A stretch of DNA of 64,000 bases from an uncultured Thermoleophilia bacterium (GCA_963798285.1 CAWCSR010000003.1:1657376-1721375), one strand, 5' to 3'; positions 26,946 to 36,010 are shown, numbered from the stretch's first letter. Translations and numbers: made by a program. The notes: generated by a model not told the origin, from the sequence alone.

Positions 26946-27614
26946 ATGCCGGAAGCGGACGCATTCCAGCTGCAAGAGCAGGCAGGAGCGGAGGCGGGCG
27001 AGGACGCCGGCCTCGGCGTGCACAGCTCCGTCCCGCCCGCGTTGCACCCCACGGCCCGGAAGATCCTGGCCGCGGCCAAGAAGCTCCTGGCGGAGCGCGG
27101 CTACCAGGGCATGACCCTGCAAGCCATCTCGGCCGAGGCGAAGGTCAACAAGGCCGGCGTCTGGTACTACTTCGGCGGCAAGCAGCAGTTGGTGCTCGCC
27201 CTCCTCGAGGACGTGACCGTCGGCGAGTCTCTCCACTTCGGCGCCGTACCGCCGGAGACCGCCACGCTCGCCGAGCGTATCGACCTCATCATCGGGACCC
27301 CCCACCAGATCCGGGAGCGGGTCCGGCGCTTCAAGCCGTTCTACGAGCTCCTGCCCGAGGCCTCACGCGACGCGGAGCTCCACAGCCACCTCAGCGACTA
27401 CTACCAGATGTGGTACGACTGGGCCGCGGAGGTGCTGGCGCCGGTGGTCGACTCTCCCGGCGCCGGCGCCCAGCGCTCGAAGGCGCTCGGCCAGTTCGCC
27501 TCGATCCTCCTCGACGGCATCATCCTGGAGGTGGTCATCGCCGCCCCCGAGTTCGACCTGGAGGCGGCGCTGGACAACGCCCGCCGCTCGCTCCTTCTGG
27601 TGGCCGGCGCCTGA
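26946..27614 (+). CDS. TetR/AcrR family transcriptional regulator
   Basis: HTH ILAAAKKLLAERGYQGMTLQAISAEAKVNKAGVWYYFGGKQ. Confidence 0.88.
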   Translation: MPEADAFQLQEQAGAEAGEDAGLGVHSSVPPALHPTARKILAAAKKLLAERGYQGMTLQAISAEAKVNKAGVWYYFGGKQQLVLALLEDVTVGESLHFGAVPPETATLAERIDLIIGTPHQIRERVRRFKPFYELLPEASRDAELHSHLSDYYQMWYDWAAEVLAPVVDSPGAGAQRSKALGQFASILLDGIILEVVIAAPEFDLEAALDNARRSLLLVAGA

Positions 27615-27648
27615 CCTCAGGCGCCGGCGCGCGTCGAGCACCTGCGCG

Positions 27649-28047
27649 TCAGGCGCCCGGCTCCCGCGCCCAGCCGCGACTCTCGTAGGCCTCTTCGGGG
27701 CTGAGACGCTGGACGAACATCCCGGTCTTCACGTGGAGGGCCGGCGTGGGCTCGAGCGGGTCGACAGCCTCGCCCCTGTCCCGGGCGTACACGTGACTGA
27801 ACTCGACGACGCGGAACGGAGTCCGCGTGCCGCCGAAGCCGAACGCCTGCTTCTTGGTGTCCCCGGTCACGTTTCTCGGCAGGTGGATGATGTCCCCGGC
27901 CCGGGGCAGTGGATCGGCGGCGGAGAGATACTCGATCGGAGCCGTCTTGTGACCGAACGGGGGACGCTTCTGGTCGGGGTCCCACAGCCACACCTCGATG
28001 ATCCCCGGCTTACGCTCGGTGGACCCCGACTTCTTCTTGCCCGGCAT
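27649..28047 (-). CDS. hypothetical protein
   Basis: Protein-like ORF starting at MPGKKKSGSTERKPGIIEVWLWDPD. No family recognised. Confidence 0.45.
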   Translation of the reverse strand: MPGKKKSGSTERKPGIIEVWLWDPDQKRPPFGHKTAPIEYLSAADPLPRAGDIIHLPRNVTGDTKKQAFGFGGTRTPFRVVEFSHVYARDRGEAVDPLEPTPALHVKTGMFVQRLSPEEAYESRGWAREPGA

Positions 28048-28224
28048 CACGGCCTCCTCTGGTGGACCGATGGAATCGAGCATCGGGCGACCATCCATGC
28101 CCCGCTGCCTCCACCGCCTGTTCTTCGCCGCGAGTATAGGGCACGGCAGCGCCCGCGCCTGCTGATCCGGCGCCGGGCGCCGGCTCCGCCGCCCGCGTGG
28201 CCGCGCGGCCCGGGGGCCGGCAGA

Positions 28225-29499
28225 TCAGGCCGCCTCTGCGGCGAGCGAGCCGGCCTCGAACGCATCGATGGACCAGGAGCGCCGGCGAACGGCGGCGACC
28301 ACCGTCACGAGCAGCATGCCGGCGCCGGCGCCGACGAAGAGGACGGCGGGGCCCAGACCGATGATCGCGCCGGAGAGCGCCGTGGAGAGCGGCGTCACGC
28401 CCAGCATCGCCAGCATGACGAGGCTCATCACCCTGCCGAGCATGTCGGCGGGCGTCATGCGCTGCACCAGCGTCATCATGACGACGGCCACGTAGCCGTT
28501 GCCGACCCCGAGGGCCGCGAGCAACACGAAGCCCACCCAGACCGACGAGATGAAGGCGAGTGACCCGATCACGAGTCCGAAACCGGCGAAGAGGACGACG
28601 ACGAGTCTGGAGAAGGTGCGCGACGACGGTCGCGGCGCCGTGCCGGCGACGACCATGCCGCAGAGGTTGCCGAGGCCGTATGCCGAGATGAGCAGTCCGA
28701 AGGCCGCGGCGCCCTGGGTGAAGCGCGTCTGCGCGAGCACCGGAATGCCGACGAGCAGCGGCCCGATGAGCAGCAGGTTCGCGGCCGCGAGGAGCGCCAG
28801 CAGCCAGCGGAAGGCCGGGCGGGACAGCGTGAAGCGCAGCCCGGCCTTGATCGCCTCCAGCGGATGGCTGCCGGCGCCGAGCGCCGGCAGCGAACGCATC
28901 AGCACGAGCGTGAACGCGGAGGCGGCGAACGAGGCTGCGTCCACCGCGAACGCCACACCGACGCCGGCGAGGCTGCCCTCCTGGCCGCCGGCGACCTGCG
29001 ACGCGCCGAAGAGGGCGATGACCACGCCGGCGAGCGCCGGCCCGACGAATTGTGCCAGCTGGTCGGCGCCCATCATCAGCGCGTTGCCGCCCTCGAGCTG
29101 TTCGTTCCTGAGCAGCCGCGGCAGCGACGCCTCCGCGGCCGGCATGAAGAACCCGGAGACGACGCCGAACGAGAACGCCAGCACGTAGACCATCCAGAGC
29201 TGCACGTTGCCGGTGAGGATGGAGGCGGCGAGGGCGGCCGCGATCACGAACCGCAGCGCGTCGGAGACGAGCATGATCAGGCGCGGCGAGTGCCGGTCGG
29301 CGAACGCGCCGCCCACGAGCATGACCGCGGCGCGCGGGACGCCCGCCAGGGCCAGCACCAGCCCAAGCTGAAACGGGTCGTGCGTGAGGGTCAGCACCAG
29401 CCACGGCAGCGCGATGAGGTGGAACTGGTCGCCAAGGTGCGAGATGCCCTGGCCGATCCAGAGCAGGCGGTAATCGCGGGTCTTGAGCGTGCTCAACAT
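28225..29499 (-). CDS. MFS transporter (EntS/MFS_3-like)
   Basis: 424-aa 12-TMS ORF. RDYRLLWIGQGISHLGDQFHLIALPWLVL is typical of this MFS subgroup. Confidence 0.88.
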   Translation of the reverse strand: MLSTLKTRDYRLLWIGQGISHLGDQFHLIALPWLVLTLTHDPFQLGLVLALAGVPRAAVMLVGGAFADRHSPRLIMLVSDALRFVIAAALAASILTGNVQLWMVYVLAFSFGVVSGFFMPAAEASLPRLLRNEQLEGGNALMMGADQLAQFVGPALAGVVIALFGASQVAGGQEGSLAGVGVAFAVDAASFAASAFTLVLMRSLPALGAGSHPLEAIKAGLRFTLSRPAFRWLLALLAAANLLLIGPLLVGIPVLAQTRFTQGAAAFGLLISAYGLGNLCGMVVAGTAPRPSSRTFSRLVVVLFAGFGLVIGSLAFISSVWVGFVLLAALGVGNGYVAVVMMTLVQRMTPADMLGRVMSLVMLAMLGVTPLSTALSGAIIGLGPAVLFVGAGAGMLLVTVVAAVRRRSWSIDAFEAGSLAAEAA

Positions 29500-30179
29500 G
29501 ACTCTCCTTCCCGCAGGTCGCGCGCAGCCTCCAGCAGCCCGCGCGGACCTTCGAGCAGCCCGCGCACGATCGCGGCGAGGCCGAACTCGAACTCCCCGCC
29601 GTGTCCCAGGTAGTGGGCTTCACGGATCATGCGGATGGTGTAGGGGAACTCGGCCGGGTCCAGCGCCTCGAACTCACGCTGCTCGCCGGCTCCCTCGTCG
29701 AACTCGTGGTGGTAGTAGCCCATCGCCCCGCCGAGGATGTACTGAGCGAGTACGTCCACCGCGGCCATCGCCTCGTCCGGCGTGAGGCCGGCGGCGTACA
29801 GGATGCCGAGGATCGGCTCGACGGGACGGAGGACGGCGGCCGTCCGCAGCGAGCGCGTCGCGAGCACGGGAATCGCGCGCGGATGGGCGAAGATCGCATC
29901 GCGGTAAGCGCGCGCCGCCTGCTTGAACTGGTCGGCGGAGCGGAGGGCCGGGTCGATGGCGCTCATGTCGACCCCGGCCATGACGGCCTCGAGCACGAGG
30001 TCGTAGAGGGCCGCCTTGTTCGGCACGTAGTGGTAGGCGGCCATCGGGTTCACGCCGAGCTCCGCGCCGAGGCGGCGCATGGAGAGCGCATCGAGCCCCT
30101 CGGCGTCGATGATGCTCATCGCCGCGGCGACGATGCGCTCTCGCGCGAGCGGCTCGGCATCCTTCTTGCGTGGTGTCAT
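29493..30179 (-). CDS. TetR family transcriptional regulator (TetR-class C-terminal domain)
   Basis: HTH IVAAAMSIIDAEGLDALSMRRLGAELGVNPMAAYHYVPNKAALYD. It overlaps the MFS start by 7 nt. Confidence 0.88.
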   Translation of the reverse strand: MTPRKKDAEPLARERIVAAAMSIIDAEGLDALSMRRLGAELGVNPMAAYHYVPNKAALYDLVLEAVMAGVDMSAIDPALRSADQFKQAARAYRDAIFAHPRAIPVLATRSLRTAAVLRPVEPILGILYAAGLTPDEAMAAVDVLAQYILGGAMGYYHHEFDEGAGEQREFEALDPAEFPYTIRMIREAHYLGHGGEFEFGLAAIVRGLLEGPRGLLEAARDLREGESC

Positions 30180-30186
30180 GGCAAGC

Positions 30187-30251
30187 TCCCCGTTGACGTT
30201 ATGCTACGCTGTAGCACAAGTTACTATACAGCGTAGCATAAGTCAACGGGG
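30187..30251. promoter_or_regulatory. long inverted repeat (about 25-bp arms), candidate TetR operator
   Basis: CCCCGTTGACGTTATGCTACGCTGTA-N13-TACAGCGTAGCATAAGTCAACGGGG, with one indel between the arms. It lies immediately upstream of the TetR start. Confidence 0.6.
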
Positions 30252-30669
30252 AGCTCGGGCGGCCCCTGGATGCGCGCTCTATGCGCTCCGACTACGTCTT
30301 CCAGCGCTCGCCGCCACCCGGCGCTCGCCTCGACCTTCCAGGCGACGGGACCCAAGCCTCCCGGAGTCGCGCCCACGCCGGGCAGGACCGATCCTGCAGT
30401 CGCAGCGCGTACGGGCGACGCGTACGGTTTCTGTGCTGACTTCGGAGGGCCCTTGCCGGCACGGCGGGGCTCCGCAAGAGGGCCGACATCCGCCCTGACA
30501 ACCTGTACGATGGGGCGCGAGAGAGCGCTCCCGAGCACTGACGAACGCGCCGGGACGCACCGCGGGATCGACCGATGCGAAGAGTGGAGCTTCCGACGGC
30601 CATCGCCTACCTCAGTGTCTGCCCGTACACGGTCGCAGCCGCCCGAGACCTCACCGGGCAGCAGCGCGC

Positions 30670-31038
30670 ATGACCCGGTACCGCCTGGACAGGGCGCTGT
30701 GTGCCGTCCTCGAGAGCACCGCCATCCTGGCCTACGGGTACTGGGGCTGGGCCGCCCACGACGGGTGGGCCCGGTGCGCCTGGGCCGCCGGGGCCATGAT
30801 CGTCACGGCCACCGTCTGGGACACCTTCCGCGTGCCTGGTGATGGAGTCAGGCCGGCAGTGCCCGTGCCGGGCGGAGTGCGGCTCGTCATCGAGGCCGGC
30901 TTCTTCACCGGCGTGGCCTCATCGCTCGCGGCCAGTCGACCCGAGATCGGCATCGCCTACGCACTCCTGGTCGCGATCCACTACACGATCACGCACGAGC
31001 GGCTGGTATGGCTCCTGCGCGCCAACGAGGACGGCTGA
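30670..31038 (+). CDS. DUF2568-like (YrdB family) membrane protein
   Basis: 122-aa ORF with four helices and the Trp-rich motif AYGYWGWAAHDGW. Confidence 0.55.
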   Translation: MTRYRLDRALCAVLESTAILAYGYWGWAAHDGWARCAWAAGAMIVTATVWDTFRVPGDGVRPAVPVPGGVRLVIEAGFFTGVASSLAASRPEIGIAYALLVAIHYTITHERLVWLLRANEDG

Positions 31039-31066
31039 GGCGCACCGAGAGTCAGGTGCGACGCAC

Positions 31067-31837
31067 CTATGTGCGCCGCGTGTCTCGCATGTACGCGCGC
31101 GCCGCCAGCAGGCTTAGCACGACCGACCAGACGGCGACGACCGCCCAGCCGAAGGCCGTCCACCCTCCGCCGCCCAGCGCCACGTGGCTTGCCTGCACCA
31201 GCCAGTACGACGGCAGCAGGCGAGCGATCTGGTAGAAGGTGCCGTGGCCGATCGGGAACCACGTGCCGCCGGCGAACGCGAGCACAGCCGTTAGGCCGCC
31301 CATGGCCGGGCCCACCGTGTCGGCGGTCAGCAGGTGGCCGATGAACACGCCGAGCGCCGCGAATGGGATGAGGCCGATCAGGAGCAGCGCCGTCATCTCG
31401 ACCCATTCCACCGCGGTCAGGCGGACGCCCATCGACACCCCGGAGACGTAGAGCAGCGCCATGGTGAGCAGCACCGTGAGGTAGGCGGTCGCCACCTTGG
31501 CCGCAAGATAGGAGCGCGGCGCGAGGGGCGTCGTGCGCAGCAGGCGGTTCCAGCCGTTGTCCCGCTCGGCTGCGATGCGCGTGCCCGTGGAGAGCATGCC
31601 GGACATGGCGCCGAACGCCGTGAGGCTCACCATGTAGTAAAGCGGCGCGGACAGTCCCGTTCCGAGGAAGTCACCGACGGAGCGGTTGGGCCCGGCGATC
31701 AGGAAGTAGAGCACGACCGGGAACCCGAGCGCGAAGATGAGGAACCGCCGGTTGCGCAGGATCCGGAGCAGTTCGAAGCGCAGGTAGCCGCCCCTGCCGG
31801 CGACAGCGCCGGGGCTGACGGGCGCCAGGGTGCTCAT
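31067..31837 (-). CDS. ABC-2 type transporter permease
   Basis: 256-aa six-TMS ORF. Its start overlaps the ATPase stop by 4 nt. Confidence 0.85.
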   Translation of the reverse strand: MSTLAPVSPGAVAGRGGYLRFELLRILRNRRFLIFALGFPVVLYFLIAGPNRSVGDFLGTGLSAPLYYMVSLTAFGAMSGMLSTGTRIAAERDNGWNRLLRTTPLAPRSYLAAKVATAYLTVLLTMALLYVSGVSMGVRLTAVEWVEMTALLLIGLIPFAALGVFIGHLLTADTVGPAMGGLTAVLAFAGGTWFPIGHGTFYQIARLLPSYWLVQASHVALGGGGWTAFGWAVVAVWSVVLSLLAARAYMRDTRRT

Positions 31838-32793
31838 CCCGCGGCCTCCAGCGGTTCGTCGCCGAACGACTCGTCCTCGTCGGCGCCGGTGAGCTGGATG
31901 AAGGCTTCTTCCAGGCCCGCGCCCATGATCTCGATGTCGCGGGCCTCGGGGTGCTGCCGCAGAAGCTCACGGATGGCGGCGTCCGAGTCGCTGCAGACCA
32001 GGATGGCCACGTCGCCGTGCCGCTGCAGGCTCGTGACTCCCGGCAGCTGCGCCAGCGCCGCCTCCGGGACGCCGGGCAGCGTAGTCTTGATCGTCCGCGA
32101 GCCGACCCGCGCCTTGATCTCGGTCGGCGGGCCGTCGGCCACCACGCGGCCGGCCGCCAGCAGCACGACCCTGTCGGCAAACTCGTCGGCCTCTTCGAGG
32201 TAGTGCGTCGCGAAGAGCACCGTCTTGCCGCGCGCCGTGAAGCGCCGCATGGTCGTCCAGAACGCGCGGCGCGCCTCCACGTCCAGCGCGGCGGTCGGCT
32301 CGTCGAGCACGAGCAGGCCCGGGTCGCCGACCAGCGCCATGGCGAACCGGGCGCGCTGCGTCTGGCCACCGGAGAGCTTCTGCGTGCGCTGGTCTGCGAC
32401 GCCGCGCAGGCCGGCCAGCCCCAGTACGTCGTCGACGCCGAGCGGGTGCGGATAGAGCGCGGCCATCATCGTGATGAGCTCCCGCACAGTGAGGTCGCGA
32501 AGCAGGCCGCCGGTCTGGAGCATGGCGCCGACGCCGCCGGCCCTGACTGCGTCCGCCGGCGGCCCTCCCAGCAACGTCACCTCGCCGCTGTCTGGCCGGC
32601 TCAGCCCGAGCAGCATGTCGATCGTCGTCGTCTTGCCCGCTCCGTTCGGCCCGAGCAGCGCGACGGTTTCGCCGGCGGCGATGGAAACGTCCACGCCGCG
32701 CACGGCACGCACGGGCCCGCGCGGCGACGGGAAGCTCTTGACGAGGCCGACGGCGCTCACGCCGCCGGCTGCTGCTGTGATCGCGGTTGTCAC
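31834..32793 (-). CDS. ABC transporter ATP-binding protein
   Basis: Walker A GPNGAGKTT, signature LSGGQTQR and Walker B LLVLDEPTAALD. Confidence 0.93.
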   Translation of the reverse strand: MTTAITAAAGGVSAVGLVKSFPSPRGPVRAVRGVDVSIAAGETVALLGPNGAGKTTTIDMLLGLSRPDSGEVTLLGGPPADAVRAGGVGAMLQTGGLLRDLTVRELITMMAALYPHPLGVDDVLGLAGLRGVADQRTQKLSGGQTQRARFAMALVGDPGLLVLDEPTAALDVEARRAFWTTMRRFTARGKTVLFATHYLEEADEFADRVVLLAAGRVVADGPPTEIKARVGSRTIKTTLPGVPEAALAQLPGVTSLQRHGDVAILVCSDSDAAIRELLRQHPEARDIEIMGAGLEEAFIQLTGADEDESFGDEPLEAAG

Positions 32794-32850
32794 GGAGAAA
32801 CCAAGCCGGTGATAGCTGCTACTGGCTTCTTGTTCCCGGCGCTTGGGCCG

Positions 32851-33225
32851 CTAATCGGACTGCGGTTCCTGGTACAACCCCAGGACGTTGCCGCCGGGAT
32901 CACGGAAGCGCGCCGTGATCTCGGGGGCGTCGCCGCCGATGGGCTGCACGATCTCGCCCCCGTGGGCGACGATCTTCTCGATGGTCTCGGCAACGCTGTC
33001 GACCATGACGTACAGGAGCAGACCGGGCTCGGCCGCAGGCGGTCGCCCGGTCACCCAGGTACCGCTCACCTCGCCGATCGAGTCGTCGAAGGCGAGCTGC
33101 CCGTCGCCACGCCGGCGCGTCTGCCAATCGAACACGCCGGCGTAGAACGCGGCCGAGGCGTCGACGTCCTCGGCGGGAAGCTCCACGTAACAGATCTTGC
33201 CGTTCGCCTGTGTGGGTGACATCAT
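32851..33225 (-). CDS. VOC/glyoxalase family protein
   Basis: MMSPTQANGKICYVELPAEDVDASAAFYAGVFDW...ARFRDPGGNVLGLYQ. Start at 33225. Confidence 0.8.
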   Translation of the reverse strand: MMSPTQANGKICYVELPAEDVDASAAFYAGVFDWQTRRRGDGQLAFDDSIGEVSGTWVTGRPPAAEPGLLLYVMVDSVAETIEKIVAHGGEIVQPIGGDAPEITARFRDPGGNVLGLYQEPQSD

Positions 33226-33299
33226 TGCCTCCTCGCGTTGCCGTCGTCGGCTTAGCCGAGGCCGCGCGTCGCCGCCTGCGCAGCCGCGGCCGATCAGCC

Positions 33300-33947
33300 T
33301 TAGGCGGTGACCATGTCCGTGAGCGCCCGCACCGTCCGCCAGTTCCTCGTGGTGGCGGCGGTGCCGAGCTTGCGCTCGAACCACGCGTTGTTCAGCTTCG
33401 TGCGTCCGTAGCCGTGCGGCAGCTTGAGATAGACGACCGGCGTGGCCAGAGGCGGCGCCCCTACGAACGCCGCCTCCTCACCGTCCTCCGATGGCAGCGT
33501 GAGCTTGCCGAACGCAGCCTTGTACACGGCGCAATGGGCCGAGTCCGAAGCCTCGCCGAAGTCGGCCTCGCCGTGCGGACCGAAGAGGAAGGTCGCATGC
33601 AGGAACCGCTCATCGGGAGCGGCTCCGCGGCTGTCGGGCCCGGGTTCGCCGGCGTCGGCCGCATCGGCGAGAAACGGGTTCGCGGCCGTGACGTCGGCCA
33701 TCGTCTCGCCCGGCAGGACGAGTACGCCCACACGCGGCCCCAGGTCGCGCTCGATGCGCACCTCGATAGCCGTGGCCAGGGCCGCCGCCGGTTCCGCGTC
33801 GTCGACAGCGTCGAACACGGCGTTACCGCTCTGCAGGTACGTGCGCACGTTGGTGAGCCCGAGTCCCTCGAGCAACGCTCGCAGGTCCGTCATCGCCAGT
33901 TTGGTGCCGCCGACATTGACGGCTCTGAGAAATGCGACGTAGCTCAT
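33300..33947 (-). CDS. DUF1697 domain-containing protein
   Basis: MSYVAFLRAVNVGGTKLAMTDLRALLEGLGLTNVRTYLQSGNAVF...TTRNWRTV is the canonical DUF1697 pattern. Confidence 0.85.
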   Translation of the reverse strand: MSYVAFLRAVNVGGTKLAMTDLRALLEGLGLTNVRTYLQSGNAVFDAVDDAEPAAALATAIEVRIERDLGPRVGVLVLPGETMADVTAANPFLADAADAGEPGPDSRGAAPDERFLHATFLFGPHGEADFGEASDSAHCAVYKAAFGKLTLPSEDGEEAAFVGAPPLATPVVYLKLPHGYGRTKLNNAWFERKLGTAATTRNWRTVRALTDMVTA

Positions 33948-33963
33948 ACCGGTGTGGTACCCG

Positions 33964-34379
33964 GGAATGGCCGTATCGACGAGAGCCCGACGTCAGAGAG
34001 CGCCCCCACTGCTGCTGCCCGGGGATGTAGTAGCTCGGGCAGATGAAGCGGAAGATCCCTGTCGGCGTTGTCGGCCTTGTCCGGAGTGCGTCGCGAAGAG
34101 GACCGTCTTGCCGCCCGCCGTGAAGCGCCGCATGGTGGTCCAGAACGTGCGGCGCGCTTCCGCGTCCAGCGAGGCGGTCGGCTCGTGGTGCACGCCGACT
34201 CGTGGGCCTCGCCGGAGTCGGCGTCGCCGCCGAAACCGAGGATGAAGGTGCTGTGCAGGAACTGCTCGTCGGCGCCGGGTCTGCCTCGTCGGCACTCCCG
34301 GCGGCGAGGAACGGGTTGATCGGCGGCTTGATGCCGCGCCGACGTTCACCGCGCGGCGGAGTGCGACGTAGGTGCTCAT
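33964..34379 (-). pseudogene. mosaic of gene fragments (DUF1697-like, ABC ATPase, zinc-ribbon 3' end)
   Basis: Read on the minus strand it has three parts. Part 1 is MSTYVALRRAVNVGA (34379) plus INPFLAAG..DEQFLHSTF-like pieces of a DUF1697 paralogue. Part 2 (34190-34058) is an ABC ATPase Walker-B region (EPTASLDAEARRTFWTTMRRFTAGGKTVLFATH) with about 9 mismatches in about 109 nt versus 32203-32307. Part 3 (34060-33964) copies the last codons and 3' flank of the gene at 36013-36537. Confidence 0.75.
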
Positions 34380-34405
34380 GTGGTGCTGCGTACCCAGAAG
34401 AGCGG

Positions 34406-34442
34406 GAGGGCGGGCGGCGCCTGTGCCGCCGCCGCCGCCCTC
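34406..34442 (-). terminator. GC-rich hairpin after truncated amidohydrolase
   Basis: GAGGGCGG...CCGCCCTC stem (8 bp plus an imperfect extension), followed on the minus strand by CGCTCTTCTGGG. Confidence 0.4.
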
Positions 34443-34493
34443 GCACTCCTCAAGGACCGACTCCAAGCGCTCGGGACCGGACCTACGTCGGAG

Positions 34494-34925
34494 TCAGAAG
34501 TCCTTGTCCTGATAGACCGTGTCGCCGCGGAACATGGTGAGCAGGACCTTGTTGCCGACGCCGATCTTGTCGACCGAGCACTTCACGATATTGCGCTTGA
34601 GCACGACCATGTCGGCCGACTTGCCGACCTTGATGGAGCCTGTCGCCTTCTCCAGCATATTGGCGTAGGCGCCCTCGATCGTGTAGCTGCGGATCATCTG
34701 CTGGACGGTCACCCGCTCGGCCGGCCAAAGGACGTCGGCGACGGGGATGGCCCCGCCCATCTGGGAGGTCGGATACCAGCGCATCACGCCGATCTGCATG
34801 CCCTGCAGGGCATTCGGGTCCGGCGTCACCGGGAAGTCGCTGCCCGACGCGACGTGCACGCCCGCGTCGAACAGACTCTTCATCGGATATTCCATGTCCG
34901 CGCGGGTCTGGCCGAGGAACGGTAC
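34494..34925 (-). pseudogene. amidohydrolase-family C-terminal fragment (5'-truncated)
   Basis: Only about the last 140 aa are homologous (LGQTRADMEYPMKSLFDAGVHVASGSDFPVTPDPNALQGM...GSIKVGKSADMVVL). The upstream part of the track ORF is junk, and a TetR gene occupies the space where the N-terminal ~400 aa would be. Confidence 0.7.
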
Positions 34926-34996
34926 CTGCGCCCGGTCGCGAGAACACGACTCCCCTTCATGAGACCTCCCCTGGTCATGTGAATCCCCCGGCCTAC

Positions 34997-35020
34997 CTTT
35001 ACCGTAGGCTGTACGGAAAG
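34997..35020. promoter_or_regulatory. candidate TetR operator (CTTTACCGTA-N5-TACGGAAAG)
   Basis: An imperfect inverted repeat 20 nt upstream of the TetR start at 35041. Confidence 0.4.
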
Positions 35021-35040
35021 TCTCTGGTACACTCTCGCGG

Positions 35041-35694
35041 ATGTCAAGGCAGGGACGCCCCAGACTGCACACCCATCTGAGCCGCGACAGCATCGCGCGC
35101 GCCGGCCTCAAGATCGTCGACAGCGAAGGCCTCGAGGCGCTGAGCCTGCGCGCAGTGGCCGAGGCGCTCGGCGTCGGGACCATGACGCTCTACGCATACA
35201 CACCCGACCGGCAGGCGCTCGAGCGCGACATCGTCGGGCTGCTGCTGAACGAGGTCGACGTGCGCGAGGTGCCGGGTGAGTCGTGGGACGAGACCGTGCG
35301 CCGCGTCGCCTTTTCCCTACGGGAGATGACGCTGCGGCACCCCAGCGCCTTCCCTCTAGTCGCGGCGGCTCCGGTCTTCGAGTCGCCGGTCCTGGAGTAC
35401 GCCGCGCGCATCAGGAGGATGCACGATCGGCAGCACATCAGCCAGGAGGCGTTCGTCGGCATGTGGAGCGTCGTCGACGCCTTCGTCACCGGGTTCATGG
35501 TGATGCTCGCGCAGGCCGCCGTCCGCGCTCAGGAGGCGGCCTCCTCAGACGAGGCGGCCGCTCCAGGCGCGAGCGGGAACAGAGAGCTCGCGGCGGCGCT
35601 GACGGACGTACTCTCCGAGGCCGCCTTCCGCCGTGACCTCGAGATCGTCCTGGCCGGCCTGCACGCCTCCGGCCTCTCGGGCGACGAAGCCTGA
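35041..35694 (+). CDS. TetR family transcriptional regulator
   Basis: HTH IARAGLKIVDSEGLEALSLRAVAEALGVGTMTLYAYTPDRQAL. Confidence 0.85.
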   Translation: MSRQGRPRLHTHLSRDSIARAGLKIVDSEGLEALSLRAVAEALGVGTMTLYAYTPDRQALERDIVGLLLNEVDVREVPGESWDETVRRVAFSLREMTLRHPSAFPLVAAAPVFESPVLEYAARIRRMHDRQHISQEAFVGMWSVVDAFVTGFMVMLAQAAVRAQEAASSDEAAAPGASGNRELAAALTDVLSEAAFRRDLEIVLAGLHASGLSGDEA

Positions 35695-35769
35695 CGCGAC
35701 CCGGCTCTCCGTCAATCCAGCGGACGACGCCGTCCCCTGCGGCCGCGTCGTCCCGCATGCGGTTTGCGT

Positions 35770-36010
35770 CGGACGGGCGGCCATCTCGCTGGCGGGCAGG
35801 TCCGCAAGCTCGGCGACGACGGCCGCCGTGCTTGCGGCGTCGAGGAAGCGCGCGGGACCGTAGCCGAGGCCCGCGCCCAACTCGCCGCCGCCGAGAACGG
35901 TCACCCGGCGGGCGGCAGCACTTGGATCGGTGTGCCGCACTGCAGCCAGTGCAGGCCGCCAAGCCTTCTCGATGTGCATTTCGGAACGGCCATCATCGAT
36001 ACGCGGCGGA
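35770..36010 (-). pseudogene. DUF1877 (YfbM-like) internal fragment
   Basis: ...SEMHIEKAWRPALAAV...VLGGGELGAGLGYGPARFLDAASTAAVVAELADL resembles the middle of YfbM-family proteins. The N-terminus is cut by the neighbouring gene, and the C-terminal part of the track ORF overlaps the TetR 3' end and looks like junk. Confidence 0.35.

Noticed and set aside
34058-34190. Diverged copy of the ABC ATPase segment as a DGR template/variable repeat pair.
   Set aside because: Of about 9 mismatches, only two involve an A in either copy, so substitutions are not adenine-specific. No reverse transcriptase gene lies nearby, and the copy sits in a mosaic of other fragments.
35545-35979. The 144-aa ORF as a complete gene.
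   Set aside because: Only its first ~70 aa resemble DUF1877/YfbM proteins. The rest overlaps the convergent TetR 3' end by about 150 nt and looks non-coding, so it is treated as a fragment.
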